In this document: in pieces, positions 14,536 through 23,939 of the stretch
Numbering within the stretch: the first letter of the stretch is position 1
Layout of the letters: every line of letters begins with the position of its first letter
Assembly: GCA_002787295.1 (NCBI GenBank)
Contig: PCWJ01000024.1
Span: 29,931 to 63,554 of the forward strand
Length of the DNA: 33,624 bases
Source: Candidatus Nealsonbacteria bacterium CG11_big_fil_rev_8_21_14_0_20_37_68
GTDB taxonomy: Bacteria; Patescibacteriota; Minisyncoccia; Minisyncoccales; GCA-002782225
Direction: 5' to 3'
The notes under the pieces: generated by a model
The model's database searches: none
Told to the model about the DNA's origin: nothing
Seen by the model: only the letters and a program-made list of their open reading frames with translations
Made by a program: the position numbers and the translations under genes

Positions 14536-16662
14536 ATGACCGAAAACAAAATCAAAAAAATCAAAAAAAGAGATGGGAGAATTGTTGATTTCGACCAGAG
14601 CAAAATTACTAATGCTATTTTTAAAGCCATCACTGCTACCGGTCAGGGGAACGGAAAGAGGGCAAAAAAACTTTCCGATAAAGTAGTCCAGATTTTAAAC
14701 CGTCGCTTTAAAAAAGATGAAATTCCTCAGGTGGAACAAACTCAGGACATTGTTGAAGAAGTTTTAATTTTAGCGGGCCTGGTTGAAACTGCCAGGGCCT
14801 ATATTTTATACAGGGAACAAAGAAGAAAAATAAGAGAGGCAGTGAAGGTAGCCGAGGAAGCGGTGGACCGAATTGATCAATATTTAGAAAAATTAGATTG
14901 GGAGGTTCAAGAAAATGCCAATATGGCCTTTTCTTTGCAAGGATTAAATCATTACGGAGTTTCTTATATTGTAAAAAAATACTGGCTAAACAAAATTTAT
15001 CCAAAAGAAATCAGAGAAGCAAATGAATCCGGAGATTTTCATCTTCATAACCTGGACACCCTTGGCGTCTACTGCGCAGGGTGGGATTTATACGACCTTT
15101 TATTAAAAGGTTTTGGCGGAGTTCCTGGAAAAGTGGCCACTGTGCCAGCTAAACACCTGAGAAGCGCCTTAGGACAGGCAATTAATTTTATATACACAAT
15201 TCAAGGAGAGGTGGCAGGTGCGGTCGCTTTTTCAAATTTTGATACATTATTGGCTCCTTTTATCCGCTATGACAATCTGAATTATCAGCAGATAAAACAA
15301 GCACTTCAGGAGTTTATGTTTAATATGTCGGTGCCAACTCGGGTAGGCTTCCAAAATCCATTTTCGAATATTACTTTAGACTTAAGACCCTCGCCGACTT
15401 TTGCTAAACAGCCGGTGATTATTGGTGGTAAACCCCAAAAGGAAACGTATGAAGAATTTCAAGAAGAAATGAAAATATTTGATAAAGCCCTTTATGAAGT
15501 GATGCTGGAAGGTGACAAGAATCAACGCGTCTTTTCTTTTCCTATTCCTACTATTAATATTACTAAGGATTTCCCCTGGGATGAAAGTGCTTTTGATGGT
15601 ATTTTCGAAGCTTCGGCAAAATATGGAACCAATTATTTTGCCAATTACATTAATTCGGAAATGAAGCCCGAGGATGTTCGTTCAATGTGCTGCCGGCTCA
15701 GATTAAATCTTACAGAACTTTACAATCGAGGTGGGGGAGGATTATTTGGCTCGGGAGCTTTAACTGGTTCGGTGGGTGTGGTTACAATTGACCTTCCCCG
15801 CATTGGTTATCTAGCAAAAACTAAAAAAGAATTTTTTGAGAGATTAGGAAAAATGATGGATTTGGCAAAAGAGAGTTTAGAAATAAAAAGAAAAACAATC
15901 GAGAACTTTATTGAAAAAGGTTTGTATCCTTATTCCAGATTCTATTTATCAGGGGTAAAGAAAATGAGGGGGCAATATTATGCTAATCATTTTTCAACGA
16001 TTGGTTTGGTTGGATTGAATGAAGCCCTTTTGAATTTCATTGGAGAAAATATTGGTTCAAAAAGAGGGAGAAGATTTGCTTTGGAAGTTTTAGATTTCAT
16101 GAGAGAGAGATTGGTTAAATATCAAAAAGAAACCGGTAGCATCTATAATTTGGAACAAACTCCGGCAGAGAGTACAAGCTATCGCCTGGCTTTAAAAGAC
16201 AAGGAAAGATTTCCAGATATAATTACTGCCGGAACAAAAAAAGTGCCATATTACACAAATTCAAGTCAATTACCTGTCAACTACACCGATGATATTTTCG
16301 AAGCCTTAAAGCTTCAAGACGAATTAACCTGTAAATATACTGGAGGTAGTGTTTTCCATATATTTTTGGGCGAAAGAATCTCTGACATTCAAACGGTGAA
16401 AAAATTAATTAAGAAAATTTTTGAGAATTTCAAGCTGCCGTATATCACTTTAACTCCGACTTTCTCAATTTGTCCCAGTCATGGCTATCTAGAAGGAGAA
16501 CACTTTTTCTGTCCAAAATGCACAATTAAACAACCTTGCGAGGTTTATTCAAGGGTTGTCGGGTACATTCGATTAGTGTCTCAATGGAATAGCGGAAAAG
16601 TTCAAGAATTCCACGAAAGAAAAGAATTTAAAATTAGAAAAACAGAATTAGCTAAAACTTAA
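14536..16662 (+). CDS. nrdD: Anaerobic ribonucleoside-triphosphate reductase (class III)
   Basis: 708 aa. N-terminal ATP-cone (KRDGRIVDFDQSKI), C-terminal Zn ribbon (CPSHG..CPKC) and glycyl-radical motif SRVVGY. Confidence 0.93.
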   Translation: MTENKIKKIKKRDGRIVDFDQSKITNAIFKAITATGQGNGKRAKKLSDKVVQILNRRFKKDEIPQVEQTQDIVEEVLILAGLVETARAYILYREQRRKIREAVKVAEEAVDRIDQYLEKLDWEVQENANMAFSLQGLNHYGVSYIVKKYWLNKIYPKEIREANESGDFHLHNLDTLGVYCAGWDLYDLLLKGFGGVPGKVATVPAKHLRSALGQAINFIYTIQGEVAGAVAFSNFDTLLAPFIRYDNLNYQQIKQALQEFMFNMSVPTRVGFQNPFSNITLDLRPSPTFAKQPVIIGGKPQKETYEEFQEEMKIFDKALYEVMLEGDKNQRVFSFPIPTINITKDFPWDESAFDGIFEASAKYGTNYFANYINSEMKPEDVRSMCCRLRLNLTELYNRGGGGLFGSGALTGSVGVVTIDLPRIGYLAKTKKEFFERLGKMMDLAKESLEIKRKTIENFIEKGLYPYSRFYLSGVKKMRGQYYANHFSTIGLVGLNEALLNFIGENIGSKRGRRFALEVLDFMRERLVKYQKETGSIYNLEQTPAESTSYRLALKDKERFPDIITAGTKKVPYYTNSSQLPVNYTDDIFEALKLQDELTCKYTGGSVFHIFLGERISDIQTVKKLIKKIFENFKLPYITLTPTFSICPSHGYLEGEHFFCPKCTIKQPCEVYSRVVGYIRLVSQWNSGKVQEFHERKEFKIRKTELAKT

Positions 16663-17394
16663 ATGCGAATTGGCGGACTCCAAAAAGTAACTTTGATTGA
16701 TTTTCCGGGCAAATTAGCCTGTACTGTTTTTTTAATTGGATGTCCATTTCGATGCCCTTTTTGCTATAATAGAGAGCTTGTTTTACCGGAACTAATTGAA
16801 AAACAGCCAAGAATTAAAAAAGAAGATTTTTTTGATTTTTTAAAAGAGAAAAAAGGACTTTTAGAAGGGGTTTGTATTACTGGGGGGGAACCAACGGCAA
16901 ATCTTGATTTGCCAGAATTTTGCCAAAAAATAAAAGAACTCGGATTTTTGGTGAAATTGGATACAAATGCCTATGACCCTGAAATGATGAAAAAATTGAT
17001 TGATGAAAAATTAATCGATTATGTGGCAATGGATGTTAAGGCCCCAAAGGAAAAATATGGAAAATTAATCGGAATTGAAAACGAAGTTTTTGTAAAAAGG
17101 ATAATTGAAAATATTGAAAGAAGTGTTGAAATTTTAAAGGAAGGAAAAATTGACTATGAGTTCCGTACTACGATGGTTCCGACCCTTTTGGAAAAGAAAG
17201 ATATTTTGGAAATTGGAAGATGGCTTTTCTCTCTCTCCCCAGGGCAAAAGCTTCCAAAATATTATTTGCAAAATTTCAGGCCAGAAAAAACAATTGACCC
17301 AAAATTTGAGAAAATTAAACCATATCCAAATGAATATTTATTAGAAATCCAAAAAGCCCTTTCTCCATTTTTTGAGGTTTGCCAGATAAGGTAA
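16663..17394 (+). CDS. nrdG: Class III RNR activating protein (radical SAM)
   Basis: 243 aa. CPFRCPFCYN radical-SAM cluster motif. Abuts the nrdD stop codon directly. Confidence 0.9.
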   Translation: MRIGGLQKVTLIDFPGKLACTVFLIGCPFRCPFCYNRELVLPELIEKQPRIKKEDFFDFLKEKKGLLEGVCITGGEPTANLDLPEFCQKIKELGFLVKLDTNAYDPEMMKKLIDEKLIDYVAMDVKAPKEKYGKLIGIENEVFVKRIIENIERSVEILKEGKIDYEFRTTMVPTLLEKKDILEIGRWLFSLSPGQKLPKYYLQNFRPEKTIDPKFEKIKPYPNEYLLEIQKALSPFFEVCQIR

Positions 17395-17470
17395 CCCCTA
17401 ACCATAACGAGGACTGATTTTGTTAACTGGGGGCGCTAAAGGCGCCTTGTTTTCGTTTGGTGTGTGGGGG
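17395..17470 (+). repeat. Family B element, nrdG-comEC spacer
   Basis: Shares ACCATAACGAGGACT, GTTAA, TTGT, CGTTTGGTGTG and GGGGTAAA in the same order and orientation as 5321-5398. The inner hairpin is replaced by GGCGC-taaag-GCGCC. Confidence 0.85.
17432..17460 (+). terminator. Intrinsic terminator after nrdG (embedded in the family B element)
   Basis: GGCGC-taaag-GCGCC followed by TTGTTTTCGTTT. Confidence 0.55.
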
Positions 17471-17482
17471 TAAAATAGGGGA

Positions 17483-19078
17483 ATGACCAAATCGAAGATT
17501 TTCCTCTATTTTTGTCTTTCTTTTATTGGGGGAATATTTCTGAGTTCTACTATCTTTGTTCCTGCGCTGGGATTCTCGCTAGGTAGTAGAGTTTATCTCT
17601 TACTACCGGGTTTAATTTTGGGGATTTTGCTAATTTCGATACTTTGGCAATATAAAAAAATTGTTGTTATTGGATTTTGTATTCTATTTTTGGTTGCCGG
17701 AATTTACCGTCACCAACAAGCCGAATTAAAAATTATAAATAACGAATTAAAATCCCACAACGATACCGGCAAAGAGATTATTTTAACAGGGGTAATTTCA
17801 AAAGAAGCCGACATAAGGTCAAATAATATAAAACTAATAATAACACCTGAAGAAATTCAAAATGCCGCAAACCTTCAAAATGCCGAGAACCGTTCTCGGC
17901 ATTTTGAAGGTAGGGTTTTGGTTACAACTAATCGATATCCTGAATATCAATATGGGGATAAATTAAAAATTACCGGAGAATTAAAAGCTCCCATCGAATT
18001 CGAAGATTTTAATTATAAAGATTATTTAGCTAAAGATGGAATTTATTCGGTAATGTACTATCCCAAAATTAAGCTATTAGAAAGAGAAAAATCCATAGGT
18101 CCGACCTATGTAATTTACAGCCAAATTTTATCTTTTAAAAATAAGTTGATGGAAAGCATTTATCAAAATCTTTCTCCGCCCCAATCTTCAATTCTGGGAG
18201 CGGTAATTTTGGGAGATAAAAGAAAAATTTCTGATGAGTGGAAACAAAAACTAAACATTGTCGGGGTGAGACACATTACTGCCGTTTCCGGAATGCATGT
18301 AGCAATTTTAACTACTATTTTAATGACTCTGTTGCTTGGTCTTGGTTTTTGGCGGCAGCAGGCTTTTTATTTTTCAATAGTCTTTGTTGCTTTTTTTGTA
18401 ATTATGACCGGTCTTCAGCCTTCGGCAATAAGAGCCGGAATTATGGGAGGATTGTTTTTGCTGGCCCAATATTTGGGAAGGCAGAAATTTGCCACCAATG
18501 CTCTTTTGTTGGCGGCAGTGGTAATGTTGGCAATTAATCCCTTGCTTTTAAAATTAGATGTTGGTTTTCAGTTATCCTTTTTGGCAGTTCTGGGAATCAT
18601 TTATTTAATGCCTATTTTTCAATATTATTTTCGAAAGTGGTTATCACCAGAGTGGTTTCAAAAATGTTGGTGGCTAAGTTGGCTACCGATAAAATCTATC
18701 GGCGACATTTTGGCTATGACCCTATCCGCTCAAGTTTTCACCTTGCCGATTTTAATTTATAATTTTGGCTATATGTCTTTAGTGGCTCCGATAACCAACC
18801 TTTTAATAGTTCCGTTTTTGTCCTACATTATGGGATTGGGTTTTCTTTTTGGAATTTTTGGAATAATCTCCCAGTTTCTGGGTTGGGTTTTTTCCTGGCC
18901 AGCCTGGTTACTTTTAACCTACTTAACAAAAATAGTAGATTTCTTTTCTCAAATTCCTTTGGCTTTTATAACCATAGAAAATTTGCATTGGGCATGGTTA
19001 ATAATTGCCTATTTAATTTTGGGCTATTTTACTTGGCGAATATCGCAAAAGCAAAAATTAAAGTTTTTAAATTATTAA
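17483..19078 (+). CDS. comEC: ComEC/Rec2-family DNA uptake channel (no C-terminal metallo-beta-lactamase domain)
   Basis: 531 aa, polytopic. N-terminal OB-like region (GRVLVTT..YGDKLKITGELK) then the competence domain (GVRHITAVSGMHVAIL). Contains a 39-nt palindrome at 17872-17910. Confidence 0.85.
   Translation: MTKSKIFLYFCLSFIGGIFLSSTIFVPALGFSLGSRVYLLLPGLILGILLISILWQYKKIVVIGFCILFLVAGIYRHQQAELKIINNELKSHNDTGKEIILTGVISKEADIRSNNIKLIITPEEIQNAANLQNAENRSRHFEGRVLVTTNRYPEYQYGDKLKITGELKAPIEFEDFNYKDYLAKDGIYSVMYYPKIKLLEREKSIGPTYVIYSQILSFKNKLMESIYQNLSPPQSSILGAVILGDKRKISDEWKQKLNIVGVRHITAVSGMHVAILTTILMTLLLGLGFWRQQAFYFSIVFVAFFVIMTGLQPSAIRAGIMGGLFLLAQYLGRQKFATNALLLAAVVMLAINPLLLKLDVGFQLSFLAVLGIIYLMPIFQYYFRKWLSPEWFQKCWWLSWLPIKSIGDILAMTLSAQVFTLPILIYNFGYMSLVAPITNLLIVPFLSYIMGLGFLFGIFGIISQFLGWVFSWPAWLLLTYLTKIVDFFSQIPLAFITIENLHWAWLIIAYLILGYFTWRISQKQKLKFLNY
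17872..17910. repeat. 39-nt perfect palindrome in comEC
   Basis: CCTTCAAAATGCCGAGAAC-c-GTTCTCGGCATTTTGAAGG, with 19-bp arms. TTCAAAATGCCG is also present as a direct repeat at 17856-17867. Confidence 0.9.
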
Positions 19079-19080
19079 AA

Positions 19081-19102
19081 AGAACTGACTTTCGTCAGCT
19101 CT
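19081..19102 (-). terminator. Hairpin between convergent comEC and lon
   Basis: On the minus strand: AGAGCTGAC-gaaa-GTCAGTTCT (one G-U pair), followed by TTTTTAATAATTT. Overlaps the lon stop codon. Confidence 0.5.
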
Positions 19103-21467
19103 TTAGTGCTATACTTAAAGCCTCCTTCATTTCAGAAATAAATTTAATTTCAATTTCTTTTCTCTCCAAAGCTTTTTTTACGCTTTCAGGTAAATCCTGA
19201 AGGTCTTTTTCGTTTTCTTTGGGTAAAATTATGGTTTTGATTCCAGCCTCTTTAGCTGCCAGAACTTTTTCTTTTATTCCTCCCACTGGCCGGACCACTC
19301 CTCTTAGAGTAATTTCGCCCGTCATCGCTAAGTCATCTCGAACTCTTTGTTTTCTAAGTAAGGAAACCAGAGCTACAAGCATAGCAATTCCAGCCGAAGG
19401 TCCGTCTTTTGGAACGGCCGCTTCCGGAACATGGATGTGAACTTTATTGCCGACCGGTGATCTATCTGAAGGAATTCCTAACATTTCCAGATTAGCTTCA
19501 ACAAAAGTAAGAGCTGCCATAGCTGACTCTTGCATTATTTTTTCGACATTTCCGGTAATTTCTAAGTTCGGCTCCCTAATTTCCCTTATCATTTCTGCTT
19601 CAATAAATAGAATTTCGCCACCAACCGGGGTCCAGGCTAAACCGATAGCTACTCCCGGCCGAGAAATTCTTTCTTTCAGCTGCGATATATATCTTTTTGG
19701 TCCCAAAGTTTCAAAAAGCTTATCTTCAGTAATTATCTCTTGGGAAATCTCATTTTTGGTAATTCTTGTTGCTATCCTTCGGCAGATTTTGCCAATTTCT
19801 CTTTCTAGATTTCTTACTCCCGCCTCTCTGGTATAGTCTCGAATTATAGATTGAAGACCTTTGTCCTTAAATTGAAGCTGTTCATTGGTAAGCCCGTTGG
19901 CTTCAACTTGCTTTGGCACTAAATACTTCTTAGCTATCATTAACTTCTCTTCCCGAGTATATCCTGGAAAATCAATAATTTCCATTCTATCCTGGAGGGC
20001 GGGCTGAATGGGATCGGCTAAGTTTCCGGTGCAAATAAACATTACTTTTGATAGATCAAAAGGAACATTTAGATAATGATCGGTGAATGCATAATTTTGT
20101 TCTGGGTCCAAAACTTCCAGTAAAGCTGACGAAGGATCTCCCTGAAGGCGCTGCGTTCCAATTTTATCAATTTCATCAATCATAAATACTGGGTTCATAG
20201 AGCCGGCTCGTTTGAGCTCCTGGATAATGATTCCCGGAAGGGCTCCGACGTAAGTACGTCTGTGCCCCCTGATTTGAGCCTCGTCATAGACTCCTCCAAG
20301 GGAGATTCTAATGAATTTTCTGCCCATAGCTCTAGCAATTGACTTTCCTACCGAGGTTTTTCCTGTTCCGGGAGGGCCAATGAAACAAAGCAGCGGTCCT
20401 CTTCCTTGCGGTTTTAATTTTCTTACCGCTAAGAATTCTATGATTCTCTTTTTAACATTTTCTAAGCCGTAATGATCTTCTTCTAAAATTTTCTCTGCCT
20501 CTGATATATCCAATCTATCCTCAGTACTTACACTCCAGGGTAGAGAAACCATCCAGTCCAGCCAACTGTCAATGTATTGGCGAGTTGGATCACGAGGGTC
20601 CATTCGAGAAAATTTTTCCAAATCTTCATCAAATGCTTTTCTTGCTTCCTCAGAAAGTTTAGCTAATTCAGCTGCTTTCCTGTATTTTTTTACTTCCTCC
20701 TGTTCTTCGCCTAATTCATCTTTGAGCTTTTTTATTTGTTCTCTGATTATAAATTTTCTCTGTTCTTCTCCTAATTCTTCCCCAATCTTCTTTTGGGTTT
20801 TTATTTTCAAGACCTCTCGATATAAAGTGGTAAGAACTTTCTCTAACCTCTCTCCAACATCGAGTGTTTCTAAAATTTCTTGTTTCTCTTCTATTGAAAT
20901 GAGTTCAGTGGGAATGGTGAATATAGCCAGATCTGCTATGTATCCCGGGTCTTGAGCATTTATCATCTCGGTTTTGAGCATGCCCATTTCACTACGCTTA
21001 AAAAGCTCCAAAAATTCTAAATAGGCCGCTCTTACTGCTCCAATACGGGCTTCGACTTGGTTTGGAGCCGCCTTAGATTGGTCTGACAGCAACTCTATTT
21101 CGGCTTTGTAATAAGGAGTATCTTGAACAATTCTTTTAATTCTAAATCGGCGAATTCCGTGAACATGAATCTGAAGTATAGCCTCTTTCTCCAGATAAAA
21201 TTCGGGAATAACCTGGATTGTTCTTTGAATTTCTGCTACCGTACCTACGCTATAAAACTCTTCTGAATCTTTCTTATAAATTACAATTCCTATTAATCTC
21301 TCTCTTTTTTTTGAGATCTCCCGTAATAATATTATGCTTTCTGCTTTAGAAATAAAGATATTATTAGGCAATTCAGGAAAAACGATTCCATCAAGGACTA
21401 TTAGAATAGGTATAATTTCAGGAATTTGAATGTTTCGATCTTTGTGTTTTCTCAATTCTTTTTCCAT
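19095..21467 (-). CDS. lon: ATP-dependent Lon protease
   Basis: Walker A GPPGTGKTS and the proteolytic Ser in PKDGPSAG. The track ORF extends to 21524. I place the start at ATG 21467-21465 (MEKELRKHK..), which is preceded by the strong SD AAGGGGGA and a TTGACA-16-TAAAAT promoter. Confidence 0.92.
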   Translation of the reverse strand: MEKELRKHKDRNIQIPEIIPILIVLDGIVFPELPNNIFISKAESIILLREISKKRERLIGIVIYKKDSEEFYSVGTVAEIQRTIQVIPEFYLEKEAILQIHVHGIRRFRIKRIVQDTPYYKAEIELLSDQSKAAPNQVEARIGAVRAAYLEFLELFKRSEMGMLKTEMINAQDPGYIADLAIFTIPTELISIEEKQEILETLDVGERLEKVLTTLYREVLKIKTQKKIGEELGEEQRKFIIREQIKKLKDELGEEQEEVKKYRKAAELAKLSEEARKAFDEDLEKFSRMDPRDPTRQYIDSWLDWMVSLPWSVSTEDRLDISEAEKILEEDHYGLENVKKRIIEFLAVRKLKPQGRGPLLCFIGPPGTGKTSVGKSIARAMGRKFIRISLGGVYDEAQIRGHRRTYVGALPGIIIQELKRAGSMNPVFMIDEIDKIGTQRLQGDPSSALLEVLDPEQNYAFTDHYLNVPFDLSKVMFICTGNLADPIQPALQDRMEIIDFPGYTREEKLMIAKKYLVPKQVEANGLTNEQLQFKDKGLQSIIRDYTREAGVRNLEREIGKICRRIATRITKNEISQEIITEDKLFETLGPKRYISQLKERISRPGVAIGLAWTPVGGEILFIEAEMIREIREPNLEITGNVEKIMQESAMAALTFVEANLEMLGIPSDRSPVGNKVHIHVPEAAVPKDGPSAGIAMLVALVSLLRKQRVRDDLAMTGEITLRGVVRPVGGIKEKVLAAKEAGIKTIILPKENEKDLQDLPESVKKALERKEIEIKFISEMKEALSIALKS

Positions 21468-21504
21468 CTCTTTCCCCCTTATTTTTAATGTGCTTAATCT
21501 TTTT

Positions 21505-21532
21505 ATTTTAAATAAAATACGCAAAATGTCAA
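21505..21532 (-). promoter_or_regulatory. sigma70-like promoter of lon
   Basis: On the minus strand: TTGACA, 16-nt spacer, TAAAAT. A ~35-40 nt leader follows with the SD AAGGGGGA before ATG 21467. Confidence 0.55.
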
Positions 21533-21560
21533 GAAGAAAAAAGTATGTTAAACTAAAACA

Positions 21561-22901
21561 ATGGAAAAGATAAATTCAATCAATCAAAAAGCTTGGGTAG
21601 TGGCAGTAAGTATGGGTTATGGTCACCAAAGAACCGCTTATCCTCTAAAATATTTAGCCACCGGGCAGAAGATTATTAATGCTAATGATTATGAAGGAAT
21701 TCCCAAAAAAGATTGGCTTTTATGGGAAAGAATTCGCAAATTTTACGAATTTATTTCAAGATTTAAAAGGGTTTCGATAATTGGCCAAGCCTCTTTTTTT
21801 ATCTTCGATCAATTCCAAAAAATTCTTAGCTTTTATCCCAAAAGAGATTTATCTAAACCTAATTTTTCCTTAAAACAGATATTTTCTCTGATTAAGAAGG
21901 GCTGGGGCAAAGACCTGATTAAGAAATTAGAACAAAAGCCCCTGCCCTTTATTACTACTTTTTTTACGCCGGCCTTTATGGCTGAAGTTTTTAATTACCC
22001 TGGAGAAATTTTTTGCGTTGTTTGCGATGCAGACATCTCAAGAAGCTGGGTTTTCTTGGAGCCCCAAAAAAGCAAAATTAAATATTTTGCTCCAACATCC
22101 TGGGCAGCCCATCGGTTAAAGCTTTATGGGGTAAAAGAAGAAAATATTTTTTTAACTGGCTACCCTTTACCTCAAGAAAATCTTGGCCACCCACCCTACG
22201 GGCGGGTACCCGATTTAGAAATTTTAAAATCTGATTTAAGTTACCGGCTTTTAAATCTTGATCCAGATAAAATTTATTTTCGGCGATACAAAGTGTTAAT
22301 CGAAGAATATCTTGGAAGTTTGCCCAAAAACTCAAATCACCCTTTAACAATAATGTTTTCGGTTGGGGGAGCTGGGGTTCAGAAAGAAATTGGAATTCAG
22401 ATTGTAAAATCCTTAGCCAGAACCATTGGGGAAAGAAAAATCAAATTAATTTTGGTCGCCGGCACCAGAGAAAAAGTTAAAGAATATTTTCTAAAAAATA
22501 TAAAAAAACTGGGCCTTGAGGACACTTTAGGGAAAGGCGTTGAAATAATTTTTGCCCAAAAAATCGACGACTATTTTCAAAGATTCAATCAGGCCCTGAG
22601 AACAACCGATATTTTATGGACAAAACCAAGCGAACTTTCTTTTTATACTGCTTTAGGATTGCCAATTATTATTGCTCCTTCGATTGGCTCTCAGGAAGAT
22701 TTTAACCGAAGGTGGCTCTTACATCTGGGTTCGGGAATAGCTCAGGAGAATCCAAAATATGTTCATCAGTGGCTTTTTGATTTTTTAGAATCGGGTCGTT
22801 TTGCCGAGGCTGCTATGCAGGGATTTATTGAAGGAGAAAAACTGGGAACATTTAAGATCAAAAAAATAATTTTTAATAAAAATTCGGTTTCCCCCGTGTA
22901 G
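21561..22901 (+). CDS. GT-B glycosyltransferase, MGDG-synthase/UgtP-like
   Basis: 446 aa. N-terminal SMGYGHQRTAYPL resembles the xGxGHxxxAxAL motif of the MGDG_synth/GT28 family, and a C-terminal GT-B half is present. The last residues and the stop codon lie inside a GC-rich repeat. Confidence 0.6.
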   Translation: MEKINSINQKAWVVAVSMGYGHQRTAYPLKYLATGQKIINANDYEGIPKKDWLLWERIRKFYEFISRFKRVSIIGQASFFIFDQFQKILSFYPKRDLSKPNFSLKQIFSLIKKGWGKDLIKKLEQKPLPFITTFFTPAFMAEVFNYPGEIFCVVCDADISRSWVFLEPQKSKIKYFAPTSWAAHRLKLYGVKEENIFLTGYPLPQENLGHPPYGRVPDLEILKSDLSYRLLNLDPDKIYFRRYKVLIEEYLGSLPKNSNHPLTIMFSVGGAGVQKEIGIQIVKSLARTIGERKIKLILVAGTREKVKEYFLKNIKKLGLEDTLGKGVEIIFAQKIDDYFQRFNQALRTTDILWTKPSELSFYTALGLPIIIAPSIGSQEDFNRRWLLHLGSGIAQENPKYVHQWLFDFLESGRFAEAAMQGFIEGEKLGTFKIKKIIFNKNSVSPV

Positions 22902-22952
22902 GAAATTATTCAAAACCGAGGGTTGTGAAAAGAGGGGGGTCGGGGGAAACCG
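22885..22952. repeat. Family C element (GT - DMT spacer)
   Basis: 12-bp perfect stem CGGTTTCCCCCG/CGGGGGAAACCG encloses 44 nt. Shares TTCGGTTyCyCCCGTGTAGGAAA, AAACCGAGGGTT and GAGGGGTCGGG with 10161-10282. Confidence 0.8.
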
Positions 22953-22961
22953 TGTGATCGT

Positions 22962-23903
22962 ATGCTGTGGTTAATCGTTGCCATTTCGGCTTATTTAATT
23001 TTAGCCATTGTTCAGTTGGTTGATAAATATCTTTTGGCAGGTCCCATTCCCAGCCCAAAGGTTTATTCTTTTTATGTGGGAGCATTGGGGATTTTAATTT
23101 TAATCCTTGCTCCTTTTGTTAATTTTTATGTCCCGGAAATTAAGCAAATTATTTTAAGTTTAGTGGCAGGCGCCATTTTTATTTATGCCCTTTTTTGGTT
23201 TTATAAAGCTCTTCAAAAATATGAAGCATCTCGGGTAGTGTCGGCTGTCGGCGGAATTTTACCAATCTTTACTTTCGGATTAGTTTATGTCTTTTCTGGC
23301 GGGAAAGAAATCCTTAAACCTTGGGAATTTTTATCCCTTATTTTGCTAATTTTAGGAGGCGTTTTAATTACGTATGAAAAATCCAAAAAAATTTCTTTAA
23401 AAAGTTTCCAGATTTCTGCCATAGCCGCTTTTTTCTTAGCCCTATCATTTGTTCTTTCTAAATATGTTTATATGGTTTTACCCTTCTGGTCGGGCTACAT
23501 CTGGATAAAAATTGGTGGATTTTTAATGGCAATAGGTTTTCTTTTAACCCGGGAAGTAAGAAGTAAATTATTTAAGGTAAAAATAGCTAGGGTGGTGGGC
23601 GGGTGGCGTCCAAAAAAGACGGCCGGTATTTTTCTTTCAAATCAAGCTGCCGGAGCCGGAGCTAATATCCTGCAGAATTGGGCAATCGCCTTGGCTCCAT
23701 TAATTTGTGTACCCTTAATAAATGCTCTCCAGGGAGTTCAGTATGTTGCTTTATTAATTTTCGTCACCTTACTTTCTTTAACCCGGCCCTTTTGGGCAAA
23801 AAAGGTTGGGCTAAAAGAAGAGATTTCCAAAGAAGTAATTTTTCAGAAGCTTTTTGCCATTTTGCTTATCGGGACAGGGCTTGCTTTATTGGTTCTAAAG
23901 TGA
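22962..23903 (+). CDS. Polytopic membrane protein, DMT/EamA-like
   Basis: 313 aa with ~10 predicted TM helices in two halves. Family assignment is tentative. Confidence 0.5.
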   Translation: MLWLIVAISAYLILAIVQLVDKYLLAGPIPSPKVYSFYVGALGILILILAPFVNFYVPEIKQIILSLVAGAIFIYALFWFYKALQKYEASRVVSAVGGILPIFTFGLVYVFSGGKEILKPWEFLSLILLILGGVLITYEKSKKISLKSFQISAIAAFFLALSFVLSKYVYMVLPFWSGYIWIKIGGFLMAIGFLLTREVRSKLFKVKIARVVGGWRPKKTAGIFLSNQAAGAGANILQNWAIALAPLICVPLINALQGVQYVALLIFVTLLSLTRPFWAKKVGLKEEISKEVIFQKLFAILLIGTGLALLVLK

Positions 23904-23939
23904 AAAACGGCAAAAAACCTTTCTCCACCTCTACTTTTT

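Noticed and set aside
21468-21524. 19-codon N-terminal extension of lon.
   Set aside because: It contains the predicted -10 region, the leader and a strong SD for ATG 21467.
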